Shown: positions 1-9,256, numbered from the stretch's first letter. The stretch: 64,000 nt of DNA from Candidatus Omnitrophota bacterium (GCA_903856085.1 CAIOAT010000042.1:4947-68946); one strand, 5' to 3'. Numbers and translations: made by a program. The notes: generated by a model from the letters alone, not told the origin.

Positions 1-418
1 CTTTACCGAATTGGATCTGCTTGGGACCTTCCGGAGTCTCAACGCGCAGGATCTTGGGTCCTTCAAACGCTGCGCGGCCGGTGATCACCTGGACACTTCG
101 CCGCGCGGCAAGATTCGTGATCCCGGTCCCGAGTTTTTCCAAAACGGAATCTTTCCAGGCACGCAATTGTTCGAGATGGATCACGGGCTTGGAGAATGTC
201 ACGCCACACTTCCCGCTCTCGGCAGCCTCGTAGATAAGTTTCGCCATGTGAAGAAGGGCTTTGGACGGAATGCAGCCGCGATTGAGACACACACCGCCAA
301 GGCGCTTTTCCTGTTCGATCAGGACAACTTTTTTCCCAAGAGCGGCGGCATAAAACGCGGCCGTATAACCCCCGGGCCCCGCGCCCATCACCACAATGTC
401 TGTCTGGATTATTTCCAT
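1..418 (-). CDS. lpdA: dihydrolipoyl dehydrogenase, 5' part (runs off window start)
   Basis: Not in the ORF track. Manual translation from ATG at 418 gives MEIIQTDIVVMGAGPGGYTAAFYAA...LGGVCLNRGCIPSKALLH (FAD GxGxxG and redox CxxxxC motifs). RBS AGAGGA upstream. Confidence 0.93.
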   Translation of the reverse strand, partial: MEIIQTDIVVMGAGPGGYTAAFYAAALGKKVVLIEQEKRLGGVCLNRGCIPSKALLHMAKLIYEAAESGKCGVTFSKPVIHLEQLRAWKDSVLEKLGTGITNLAARRSVQVITGRAAFEGPKILRVETPEGPKQIQFGK

Positions 419-496
419 AAGTTCCTCTTAAACCAATGAGGGGTTATTGTAGCAAAACACTCCCCAAAATGAACGGGTTTCTTGAACAGAGTTCGC

Positions 497-1462
497 TCAA
501 AGCATGACTTCGGATGAACTCTTTTTCTGGTAAAGCACGGCGACCCACCGATGCCCGCGAAGAATCTTCAGGCATTTCAACGGAGTACCGGAAAATTCGT
601 CCTTGAAGGCAACAAAATTCTGTCGAGCAATTCCTGAGACAAGAAGGTACCCCCCCGAACGAACCCGGGCGACGATCCTCGCGCGATGCTCCAAAAGGGC
701 CTTGGAAAGAAGATTTGCGCCGACAGTGTCGAAAGAACCGGAAACTTTCGATCTCTTGAGTTGAGCGCAAAAAAACGTCCCGCCCTCACATTGGTTCGAT
801 CGGCAATTCTTTCCAGCCACAAGGGCTGAGGGCCTGTCATTATCGTATCCGGTAATCTTCGTGGCGCCCAATTTCGAGGCTGCGATCGACAGGATCCCGG
901 TCCCGCACCCAATATCCAAAAAGCTCCCGATTTTTCCTTCAAGCGATTCCAGAAGCCTCGTTATGAGACGCGTGGTCTCATGATACCCGGACCCAAAGGC
1001 ACTCCCTGGTTCCAGAAAAATCGGGATACGGCGGCCGGAATAGTGTGATCGCGAAACGTTCGCATGATCTTGTGGATTTCGTCGCCGTAGCCCTGACATG
1101 AACTTCTGCTTTTCCCAAACCGGCACGATCATGAACTTTGCTCCAAGCGGCCTGATGTGATAATCGCGTTTCCATTTATCAAACCAGTCGTGCCGCCTGA
1201 GCCTCTTGACGTTGAAGATAAGCGAGCGAGATCCCGAAGTTTTGTATTTTCTCCTAATTTCGTCGACCTTTTTTGGAGAACGGGTGTAAAAGCTAACACG
1301 AAAACTGCCTTTGTAATCGGAAGAGACGAGACTTCGCTCCGGAATCCGGCAACTCAAAAGAAGTTTGCAGGCGGATGCCTTTTCCCTGGTTCGGAGGTTC
1401 TGACCGCTAAGGGCGATCTCGATAACAGAATATTTTCCCGAAGACAATGCGAGGGTTTTCAT
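497..1462 (-). CDS. prmA: 50S ribosomal protein L11 methyltransferase
   Basis: EPGSAFGSGYHETT and LDIGCGTGILSI SAM-binding motifs. Confidence 0.9.
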   Translation of the reverse strand: MKTLALSSGKYSVIEIALSGQNLRTREKASACKLLLSCRIPERSLVSSDYKGSFRVSFYTRSPKKVDEIRRKYKTSGSRSLIFNVKRLRRHDWFDKWKRDYHIRPLGAKFMIVPVWEKQKFMSGLRRRNPQDHANVSRSHYSGRRIPIFLEPGSAFGSGYHETTRLITRLLESLEGKIGSFLDIGCGTGILSIAASKLGATKITGYDNDRPSALVAGKNCRSNQCEGGTFFCAQLKRSKVSGSFDTVGANLLSKALLEHRARIVARVRSGGYLLVSGIARQNFVAFKDEFSGTPLKCLKILRGHRWVAVLYQKKSSSEVML

Positions 1463-2280
1463 TCCAGAGGATAATCGGAAACTTTGACGAACTTGTAACC
1501 CTTGGACCGAAGTTTACGGACCGCTTCGATCACGCTATCTACAAAAGAACTTTGGAGAGAAACGCCGCCAAGGATCGCAATCGCACCCGCAACCGGATTC
1601 ACGAGTACATCCAGAACCTGCTTTTTCTCAAGGTCAAGTCCCCGCGGGCCGTGACCCGAAGAACCGAGGGCTTCGTACCCGAGCGCCTTGACGATGCGCA
1701 CCGCCACTTCATCATAGTACCCGGAACTAGAGTGGTAATACTGCGGCAGAATCCCGGTGACGGCCTCGATCTTCCGGGCGTTCTGTTCAACCTCCGTAAA
1801 AAGTTCTTCGACATTCCCCGTCCCGGACACTCCGTTCACGGTCTTGCCTGTCACAGAGCATGCCTTATGGGATACGCCTTGATTGGCGATCTCAAAAATA
1901 GGATTGGCGGCAAGTTGTTTGAGGATCGCGCTGTTCTTATCAACCCAATCCCCGCAGATAAATAAAGTAGCGGGAATGTTCTCAGCCGCAAAAAATTTGA
2001 TGAGCTTCGCGTCTTGGCCCTTGCCCATCAAGTCACAGGCATCCACCCCGAGCGCAACAACCTTGTCCTCGGTCTTAAGACGTGTCTTGACCCCCGAGAC
2101 TGATTCGCCCCACTCGTGCGGGGCCTGGCCGGAGAACTCTGTACTAATGATCTCGCGAAGAAGCTGGTAATCCTCGGGCTCAGGATCTGACTCGCGCTGA
2201 GGATTGGCAGCGATACAAAACCCCATCCCCTGAACGCTGCCCCACACCAGGAATAGAAGAATCCAAACGACGCGTTTCAC
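1459..2280 (-). CDS. secreted polysaccharide deacetylase (CE4)-family protein with degenerate catalytic motifs
   Basis: Signal peptide; VALGVDAC, IPATLFICGDW and GYKFVKVSD match the NodB-homology fold. Confidence 0.75.
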   Translation of the reverse strand: MKRVVWILLFLVWGSVQGMGFCIAANPQRESDPEPEDYQLLREIISTEFSGQAPHEWGESVSGVKTRLKTEDKVVALGVDACDLMGKGQDAKLIKFFAAENIPATLFICGDWVDKNSAILKQLAANPIFEIANQGVSHKACSVTGKTVNGVSGTGNVEELFTEVEQNARKIEAVTGILPQYYHSSSGYYDEVAVRIVKALGYEALGSSGHGPRGLDLEKKQVLDVLVNPVAGAIAILGGVSLQSSFVDSVIEAVRKLRSKGYKFVKVSDYPLE

Positions 2281-2903
2281 TTATTCGCCCCCGAAGCGCA
2301 CTGTTTTTCTCTCTTAGAAACATCGGACTTTTGCCCGATTGCGTTGAGCATCTTTCGCAATAATTCTTTGGGCAGGCCCACTACATTCGAATAGGACCCT
2401 TGGATCTTTCGCACGATCTTAAGTTGAACCTGGATCGCGTAAGCTCCGGCTTTATCGAAAGGATGGATGGTATCCACATACTTCTGAAGCCATGCCTCTC
2501 CAACCGGTTTCATCCATACATCGGTCTTGGCGCATCCGGTGAGAACACTTCCTGTTTTCCTGTCCCAGATTGCCAGACCTGTATAAACGGCGTGTTTTTT
2601 TCCCGCAAGTCCGCGCAACATGCGTAACGCTTCGGCCCGGCTTCGCGGTTTTCCGAGTCCGCGGCCCTGATGCCAAACGATCGTGTCGCCACCCAGGACA
2701 AAGCGCGCAGCCTGTGGAAGGACGGCCTTACGGGCTTTTCCGATCGCATGACGCACGCAAAGAACCTCGGGAACGCTTTTACGGCACCATCGCTCTCGGT
2801 AAGCGCTTGGAACGACCTTGAAAGAAACTTTTAAATCCTTGAGGAGTTCCTGTCTTCGAGAAGACTGGGAGGCAAGATAGATTATCCATCGACATCTAGG
2901 CAT
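2277..2903 (-). CDS. maf: Maf-family nucleoside triphosphate pyrophosphatase
   Basis: LASQSSRR, GGDTIV, LGKP, DKAGAYAIQ, GSYSNVVGLP; start placed at ATG 2903. Confidence 0.9.
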   Translation of the reverse strand: MPRCRWIIYLASQSSRRQELLKDLKVSFKVVPSAYRERWCRKSVPEVLCVRHAIGKARKAVLPQAARFVLGGDTIVWHQGRGLGKPRSRAEALRMLRGLAGKKHAVYTGLAIWDRKTGSVLTGCAKTDVWMKPVGEAWLQKYVDTIHPFDKAGAYAIQVQLKIVRKIQGSYSNVVGLPKELLRKMLNAIGQKSDVSKREKQCASGANK

Positions 2904-2959
2904 GATCAGCGCCCCTGAACAACGTGAGAAATCCAAAAAACAAGGCTTGCGGTGAGGTC

Positions 2960-2995
2960 AAAAAAAAAGAGGGGGTCGCGAAACCCCCTCTTTTT
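2960..2995 (-). terminator. intrinsic terminator, potentially bidirectional
   Basis: AAAAAGAGGGGGT-CGCGAA-ACCCCCTCTTTTT stem with A/T tracts on both sides, just downstream of the 3017-3349 gene. Confidence 0.9.
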
Positions 2996-3016
2996 CGAAC
3001 ACAAAATTCAAACAGA

Positions 3017-3349
3017 CTATTTGCCGCCGAGATCCACACCGTTATTCGGGAGCGGAAGATCCGCGGGGATCGGGAAGGTAACGAGCTGGAGCGCGCCACC
3101 GACCGTATCCACAACAGTTTCAACTAGGCCCTGACCAATGCCGGACCAAACATTCTTGCCTTCACTGGCATATTTGTTAGGAACAGCGAAGAGCTGAATC
3201 CAGCCGAGCAGCGTGTTCTGGAGACCGAACACCAGCTTGCCGGTAACCCTGTCACCGTATGTCTTCTCTGCCGTCCACGGACTCGCCGCGAAAGCCAACG
3301 GTGCGAGAATCATGGAAAGTATCACTACGAGACTCATGATCTTCTTCAT
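3017..3349 (-). CDS. small secreted protein, TIGR04073 (exosortase-associated)-like
   Basis: Signal peptide ending AFA; KLVFGLQNTLLGW...GIGQG...LVTFPIP pattern; RBS GGAGG. Confidence 0.7.
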   Translation of the reverse strand: MKKIMSLVVILSMILAPLAFAASPWTAEKTYGDRVTGKLVFGLQNTLLGWIQLFAVPNKYASEGKNVWSGIGQGLVETVVDTVGGALQLVTFPIPADLPLPNNGVDLGGK

Positions 3350-3411
3350 TGTATTTCCTCCCTTGGTTAGAACCTGAAACTCCTGAATCCTTAAGGATTC
3401 CGTTCTGATTC

Positions 3412-3440
3412 ACTTTACTAAAAAAAAATTAATGATGCAA
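3412..3440 (-). promoter_or_regulatory. sigma70-type promoter for the 3017-3349 gene
   Basis: TTGCAT-N17-TAAAGT. Confidence 0.6.
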
Positions 3441-3462
3441 CCGATTTTTCCTTTTTTTTCAA

Positions 3463-3590
3463 CAGCGTCCCCGTTAGTAGATCGAAGGGGCCTGACTCTC
3501 AGGCCAGGTCCCAATCGATGCCGGACACGACTCACCCCAAAGAATACCGGCGTTGCACATGCGCTGGCGTGCAAGTGTTCCCGCTCACAT
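3463..3590. ncRNA. candidate structured ncRNA, family unassigned
   Basis: GC-rich island flanked by A/T tracts; closing helix AGCG/CGCT encloses three hairpins (TTGCAC/GTGCAA, GCCGG/CCGGC, ATCGA/TCGAT with GGCCTGA/TCAGGCC). Confidence 0.4.
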
Positions 3591-3593
3591 ATT

Positions 3594-3629
3594 TAAAAAA
3601 ATCGCCCTGATGCAAAAGTGCATGAGGAC
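3594..3629 (-). terminator. probable intrinsic terminator after tRNA-Pro
   Basis: Minus strand GTCCTCATGCA-CTTT-TGCATCAGGGC followed by GATTTTTTT. Confidence 0.5.
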
Positions 3630-3701
3630 TGATTCTTCTGCTTACTTCCTAAAAGACAGGCCTTGCTAGAGAAGATCTCTCTATCCAACGCAGCAAAAGA
3701 A

Positions 3702-3774
3702 TCGGGGTGACAGGAATTGAACCTGCGACATCTTGCTCCCAAAGCAAGCGCTCTAGCCCCTGAGCTACACCCCG
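3702..3774 (-). tRNA. tRNA-Pro(TGG)
   Basis: Cloverleaf CGGGGTG...CACCCCGA; anticodon arm CTTGC-TTTGGGA-GCAAG; T-loop TTCAATT; CCA not encoded. Confidence 0.97.
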
Positions 3775-3890
3775 ATGTGTCCTGTTTGTAAAAATCAATT
3801 GAAACATCGGAGCAGTCATGATTCCCTTAGAACCTTCTGAAATAGGAATCAAGGCGCCCCGAATAATTCTTAATAACAACCGCTTCCGCC

Positions 3891-3919
3891 ATTGTATCGA
3901 CGGAATCTACGGATGGCAA
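3891..3919 (-). promoter_or_regulatory. sigma70-type promoter for tRNA-Pro(TGG)
   Basis: TTGCCA-N17-TACAAT. Confidence 0.7.
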
Positions 3920-3926
3920 ATGCTTC

Positions 3927-5009
3927 TCAAAATATCGACCGCTCTTTGTAGACACTCAAAACAAGCCCCAAGCATATGCAGGTCATGATGAAGGAAGACC
4001 CACCGTAACTGATCAGAGGAAGCGGCACCCCGGCGATCGGCATCAGGCCTATGGTCATCCCAATATTGATCATTACATGCGAAAAAAGAAGCGCGAGCAC
4101 TCCCCCGCAAAGCATCTTCGCCTTCACATCCGTCGTATGCTGCATGACCAGAAAGATCGAATGGAAAAGAAAGCCATAGAGACATAGCACAAGAAGACTT
4201 CCTAGAAATCCCAACTCCTCACCGATTACGCAGAAGATGAAATCCGTGTGGTGTTCAGGCACAAAATGAAGCTGCGTCTGAGTCCCGCCCAAATACCCTT
4301 TGCCCCAGAATCCTCCTGACCCGACTGCGATCTTGGATTGGAGCGCCGTATAACCGGAACCCAGCGGATCCAGGTTGGGGTTAAGAAATACCATCAAACG
4401 TTTTTTCTGATACGCCTTGAGGAATCCCCAGGCTAAGGGGGCCGCCAGGGCCAGTGCGCTAAAGCACGCTACCAGGAAACGCTTCCTCACGCCCCACAGG
4501 AATAGGATGACGACCGACATGGGAATAAAAAGAAGCGCCGTCCCGAGATCGGGTTGTTTGATGATCAAAAAGAGAGGGATCGCCAGAAGCAAAAGCGCGA
4601 TGCTCACCGTCTTCGTCTGTCCTTCCCAAGGATGATGCGATCCCAGAAAATTGACGCCCGCCAGAAGCGCTCCGACTTTTGCAAATTCCGAAGGCTGGAT
4701 TGCGATCGGCCCCAACATCAGCCATCGCTGAGCGCCTAAAACCTTACTGCCAAAAAAATCGACTAACACAAGTAAAATAATTGTCAGCACATAAAAAGGA
4801 TATGAAACGCTCAGAAAGGGACGGTATCCGATGAAAGGCACGCCAACCAGCACCGCCAACCCCACAAGAATCCAGAAAACCTGTTTAACCTCATAATCCC
4901 CGGGATCGCGATAGGACGCGCTGTAAATGAAAAGGATCCCGATCGCCGCTAAAGCGACGACCGAAAAAAAGAGTGGGAAATGGATCCCGTTAAGTAACCG
5001 GCGGAGCAT
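3927..5009 (-). CDS. rodA: rod shape-determining SEDS glycosyltransferase RodA
   Basis: GAQRW, QPSEFAK, QPDLGT, HTDFIF, PLISYGGSS; follows mrdA. Confidence 0.96.
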   Translation of the reverse strand: MLRRLLNGIHFPLFFSVVALAAIGILFIYSASYRDPGDYEVKQVFWILVGLAVLVGVPFIGYRPFLSVSYPFYVLTIILLVLVDFFGSKVLGAQRWLMLGPIAIQPSEFAKVGALLAGVNFLGSHHPWEGQTKTVSIALLLLAIPLFLIIKQPDLGTALLFIPMSVVILFLWGVRKRFLVACFSALALAAPLAWGFLKAYQKKRLMVFLNPNLDPLGSGYTALQSKIAVGSGGFWGKGYLGGTQTQLHFVPEHHTDFIFCVIGEELGFLGSLLVLCLYGFLFHSIFLVMQHTTDVKAKMLCGGVLALLFSHVMINIGMTIGLMPIAGVPLPLISYGGSSFIMTCICLGLVLSVYKERSIF

Positions 5010-6714
5010 GAAGGTCCTTCCACATCTCGAGCATCTGTTTCACAAGACGGGCACTTGTAATGCCGCCGGACCCACCATGTTCCACGAACACGACGAACGC
5101 GATCTTCGGGTCTTTGTAGGGGAAAAATCCAGTCATCCAACTGTGCGCCTGCAGGGGCGGCGCCTGAGCAGTCCCGGTCTTGCCGGCCAGTTTATCAAAA
5201 TCTACACGGGCCAACTGCCCGGTTCCGTAGTCTGATTCTACGACTTGAAGCATGGCCCTTTTGATCACATCGAGATTCTCCTCCCGAATGGCCACCCGTG
5301 GAGTTTCAGGCATGAACGTACGATCCTGAACGATCAGATGGGGCTCCACAACCTTACCGTTCTTCGCGATGATCGAAGTAAGGCGAAGAATCTCAAACGG
5401 AGTCACAAGCATATAACCCTGCCCGATCGCCATGTTGAGAGTTTCACCCTGATACCAAGGCTGATTGAAACGCGCTTTCTTCCATGCAGAATCCGGAATG
5501 AGACCCGGGGCCATGCGCGAGATCTCAAGCTTCAGCGGTTCGCCAAGGCCGAGTTCGTGGGCGTAATGCGCGATCTCATCCGGCGTCAGCCTTTTGGCCA
5601 CATTAAAAAAATAGACATTACAGGAACGTTCGATAGCCTCATAAAGATTAAGATTCCCATGCCCCTCATGAAGCCAGCAGCGCGCGGGCTTCGACTTGGG
5701 AGTCAATTGAAAAGAGCCCGTACACCGGAACCGGGTTTCCGGAGTGATCTTCCCGAGATCGAGTCCCGCAAGTGCCGTCACCAGCTTGAAAATCGAACCG
5801 GGAGGATAAGCGGCATTGATGCCGCGATCCAACATCGGAGAATTCTCATCCTTCAGCACTTGAAGACGCTGTTCACTGGCTGAAGGAGAAACAAAGATAT
5901 TCGGATCATAGGCCGGCGCACTCGCCATCGCCAAAAGCCCATCCGTTTCAAGATCCAGCACGGCAATGCTTGCGTGCAGCCCCTTGATCAAGTCCATGAT
6001 CTTCTTCTGAAATTCAAGATCCAACGTGAGCATGATATCGGAACCGGCCTCAGGCTTGCGATCTGAAAGAACCCGGACCATTTGACCGCGCGCGTCCACT
6101 TCGATCTGCTGCCCTCCCCGCCACCCACGCAGAGAATCGTCAAACGCCCGTTCAATACCAGCCCTCCCGATCTTGGAATTCGCGCCAAACCGGTCATGGT
6201 CCATATCTTCGCTTTCACGACGATTGATCGTCCCGATGTAGCCGATGACATGCGACGCGGTTTCACCATAGGGATAATAACGGACGCCCTCGACGCGAAC
6301 GCTGACACCCGGAAGTTCCGGTCGCCGTTCTTCGATTTGAAACGCAAGTTCTTGAGGAATGTCTTCCATGATCACGGCCGGCGCAAATGGATACTCACGA
6401 CCCGCACTCATGCGCCTTCGGACCTCTCTTTCGGGAATTTCCAACAGCTTTGCAAGCCTTGGATAGGCTTCGGGCGTGATATCTTCCGGGATCGCAATGA
6501 CGTTATACGAAGAACGATTCGCGGCAAGCAGGCGCTCTTTCTGATCGAACACGCGGCCGCGCGGGGCTTCGAGAGGAATAAGACGAATTCGGTTGCGTTT
6601 GCTAAGTTCGTAATAGTAAGAACCGCGCACGACCTGAGTCTGGAAGAGTCCTAACCCCAGAAGAGTCAAGACGATAAAAACGGACGCCTGAAAGAAGTGA
6701 AACCGTGTAAACAT
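4990..6714 (-). CDS. mrdA: penicillin-binding protein 2
   Basis: SxxK (GSIFK), SxN (SCN) and KTG motifs; ATG 6714 overlaps the mreD stop (TAATG). Confidence 0.95.
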   Translation of the reverse strand: MFTRFHFFQASVFIVLTLLGLGLFQTQVVRGSYYYELSKRNRIRLIPLEAPRGRVFDQKERLLAANRSSYNVIAIPEDITPEAYPRLAKLLEIPEREVRRRMSAGREYPFAPAVIMEDIPQELAFQIEERRPELPGVSVRVEGVRYYPYGETASHVIGYIGTINRRESEDMDHDRFGANSKIGRAGIERAFDDSLRGWRGGQQIEVDARGQMVRVLSDRKPEAGSDIMLTLDLEFQKKIMDLIKGLHASIAVLDLETDGLLAMASAPAYDPNIFVSPSASEQRLQVLKDENSPMLDRGINAAYPPGSIFKLVTALAGLDLGKITPETRFRCTGSFQLTPKSKPARCWLHEGHGNLNLYEAIERSCNVYFFNVAKRLTPDEIAHYAHELGLGEPLKLEISRMAPGLIPDSAWKKARFNQPWYQGETLNMAIGQGYMLVTPFEILRLTSIIAKNGKVVEPHLIVQDRTFMPETPRVAIREENLDVIKRAMLQVVESDYGTGQLARVDFDKLAGKTGTAQAPPLQAHSWMTGFFPYKDPKIAFVVFVEHGGSGGITSARLVKQMLEMWKDLHAPPVT

Positions 6715-7229
6715 TAGCGAAAAAGCTCGTATTGTCGGGTAGAAGAATGACCAAACCACCGATTCGTTAGAAAATTAAATAGTGGCAAGAGAGCGCATGT
6801 GTAAAGCGCAGTCATCGAGATCATCCCGAAATACCCCCAGACCGAAGACGTCGGCATTTCGCCCGCATAGCTCGCCAGAAGTCTTAAGGCTCCCGCACAA
6901 AAAACAAAAAGGAACGTCATAATGAAATAGATCCATGGTAATTGACGCTCCATTTTTTGAACTAAAAAATCAAGGGCCAGGGCTAAAGCGACCAACAGTG
7001 TAGCATCGAGCCCGATTAAACCACCCCCTAGAAGATCCCGTAAGATCCCGGCCCAAAACGCGACATAAACGGTCTTGGAGGCTCCCCATTCAAAAGCAGC
7101 ATAGCAAATGAAGAGGTAAAGAAAGCTTGGATACACGAAACGAACCTGAAAAGCCGGCATCACAGATCCGTCCAGGACCACAAGCAAGAGAAAATAAAGA
7201 ATTACTTTTGCGGAGACGAGACGAGGCAT
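6714..7229 (-). CDS. mreD: rod shape-determining protein MreD
   Basis: Hydrophobic multi-TM protein with GILRDLL; lies between mreC and mrdA. Confidence 0.88.
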   Translation of the reverse strand: MPRLVSAKVILYFLLLVVLDGSVMPAFQVRFVYPSFLYLFICYAAFEWGASKTVYVAFWAGILRDLLGGGLIGLDATLLVALALALDFLVQKMERQLPWIYFIMTFLFVFCAGALRLLASYAGEMPTSSVWGYFGMISMTALYTCALLPLFNFLTNRWFGHSSTRQYELFR

Positions 7230-8002
7230 AGCACTTCCTCAAGCTTGGAGAATGACACGGAAGGTTTGACGAGCGCAAGAAGATGCATTCCATCGCTGTC
7301 GCGCTCGATGGCTTCGATCTTCCCTATCTGGAGACCTTTTTGAAAAATACTCCCAACACCGGACGTGGTGACATCCTCTCCGATCGCGACCTCGGCATCC
7401 AGGGCCAGATATTTCATTTGTAGCTTGTCTGTCCCGATCCCCGCGATGATCCCCTGAGCACGGCTTGTCGCGGTCAGCGCGCTCACACGAGAATCCGGAT
7501 CCGGCAAAAGTATCGCGTAAGCTGTGTAAGGCTCGACTTCCAGAATCCGTCCCACCAGCCCTTCCGGCACCACCACCACCATGTCTTTCTTAAGATTACT
7601 CCGACTCCCTTTATCCAGCAAAACAACTTTTTTCCAGGGCGTCACATCCTCCCCGATCACCCGAGCGCCGATGGTGTGCGTGGCAAGCGGCAGACTGAAA
7701 TTGAGAAGCTTCTTAAGCCGCTGATTCTCCCGATCCATCTCATGAAAACGGATCAGCTGACCCTCAAGCTCCTGAATACGCGCGAGATATTCCTTCTGCT
7801 TTCCAACAGCATCCAGAAAATTGCCGGATTGATAGCGAACCGTGTAAAACCCGTCCCGAAGACTGCTGCCGAGCACAAAAGCGGGTCGAGTAAGCGTGGA
7901 AAAGACAGAATGGACGGTCTCGTTCAAACGGGGGTATTGAAAAAAAACAATGAGGGCAATGACGGGAACCGCAAGAAAGTAATACGTGCGCCAGCGCCGC
8001 AT
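7202..8002 (-). CDS. mreC: rod shape-determining protein MreC
   Basis: TM, coiled coil (ENQRLKKLL), GLVGRI, VTTSG motifs. Confidence 0.93.
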   Translation of the reverse strand: MRRWRTYYFLAVPVIALIVFFQYPRLNETVHSVFSTLTRPAFVLGSSLRDGFYTVRYQSGNFLDAVGKQKEYLARIQELEGQLIRFHEMDRENQRLKKLLNFSLPLATHTIGARVIGEDVTPWKKVVLLDKGSRSNLKKDMVVVVPEGLVGRILEVEPYTAYAILLPDPDSRVSALTATSRAQGIIAGIGTDKLQMKYLALDAEVAIGEDVTTSGVGSIFQKGLQIGKIEAIERDSDGMHLLALVKPSVSFSKLEEVLCLVSSPQK

Positions 8003-8106
8003 GGGGCAAAATCTCCGACAAGCAATTAAAGAAAAAGATCCTAAAAAACTGCCTCAGATCCCAGAAGGCGGCTTTCGGAAGGGGCGCTAAAAAAGAGAAA
8101 AGTTCT

Positions 8107-9159
8107 TTAGTATTCCCGGGTAGCGTTGCTATTTACCGACAAACGCTTCAGAAGATGGAAATCGCTCAAATAACGACCCGTACCAAGCGCCACGGCAGTG
8201 AGAGGATCATCCGCGATGTGAACAGGAAGCCCTGTTTCTTCGCTGATCAACTTATCAAATCCCCGTAGAAGCGATCCTCCTCCTGCTAAGACCAACCCCC
8301 GATCAATCAGATCCGCGGATAATTCCGGCGGCGTACGCTCAAGCGCGATACGAACAGCTTCGAGAATAGTGGAAAGCGGCTCAGAGAGAGCTTCCCGGAT
8401 CTCTTCGCTGGTCACGCTGATCGTTTTCGGCAATCCTGCGAGGACATCGCGTCCTTTGACGTCCAGTGTCGTTTCCTCTTCGAGAGGGTACGCGGAACCG
8501 ATACGGATCTTGATCTCTTCGGCCGTACGCTCCCCAATCATCAAATTATAGGCCTTCTTCAAGTGCGACATGATCGACTCATCGAACTCATCGCCGCCGA
8601 TACGGATACTCTTAGCGAATACAATCCCCGAAAGAGAAATTACAGCAATTTCGGTCGTCCCGCCGCCGATATCAATAATCATGTTCCCAGCCGGCTCATG
8701 AATCGGAAGTCCGACACCGATGGCCGCGGCAATGGGCTCTTCTACAAGGTAAACCGGCGTTCGAGCTCCGGCCCGTTCCGCGGAATCTTTCACGGCACGC
8801 TTTTCCACTTCGGTGATACCGCTCGGAACCGCGATCACAACACGCGGACTGATACCAGTCTTACGGCGGTGGACTTTGCGGATAAAATAACGCAGCATAG
8901 CTTCGGTAATATCAAAGTCCGCGATCACGCCGTCTTTCATAGGACGGATGGCAGTGATGTTTCCAGGCGTGCGGCCGAGCATGCGCTTGGCCTCTTCCCC
9001 GACGGCAAGGACTTGATGGGTCGAACGATCAATGGCAACCACGGAAGGCTCACACAACACAACGCCTTGACCTTTGACATAAACGAGGGTGTTTGCTGTG
9101 CCGAGGTCGATACCAATATCACTGGAAAAAAATCCTAACAATCTATCGATCAGAAACAT
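8107..9159 (-). CDS. mreB: rod shape-determining actin MreB
   Basis: [25 protein letters not shown]; start at ATG 9159. Confidence 0.98.
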   Translation of the reverse strand: MFLIDRLLGFFSSDIGIDLGTANTLVYVKGQGVVLCEPSVVAIDRSTHQVLAVGEEAKRMLGRTPGNITAIRPMKDGVIADFDITEAMLRYFIRKVHRRKTGISPRVVIAVPSGITEVEKRAVKDSAERAGARTPVYLVEEPIAAAIGVGLPIHEPAGNMIIDIGGGTTEIAVISLSGIVFAKSIRIGGDEFDESIMSHLKKAYNLMIGERTAEEIKIRIGSAYPLEEETTLDVKGRDVLAGLPKTISVTSEEIREALSEPLSTILEAVRIALERTPPELSADLIDRGLVLAGGGSLLRGFDKLISEETGLPVHIADDPLTAVALGTGRYLSDFHLLKRLSVNSNATREY

Positions 9160-9256
9160 GGGCTCTACCTTTTCGTATCTGTTGTGTGGGCTAGCGTTTA
9201 TAGAGGTGGTAGTATATCGAAAGCCTTTTTCACTGTCAAACCAAAACAACCTCGCG

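Noticed and set aside
3463-3590. Assignment as c-di-AMP (ydaO) riboswitch or SRP RNA
   Set aside because: Only short fragments match. The GCTGAA start, the pseudoknot complement and the SRP GGAAGGAAGCAG loop are missing, so it is kept only as an unassigned candidate.
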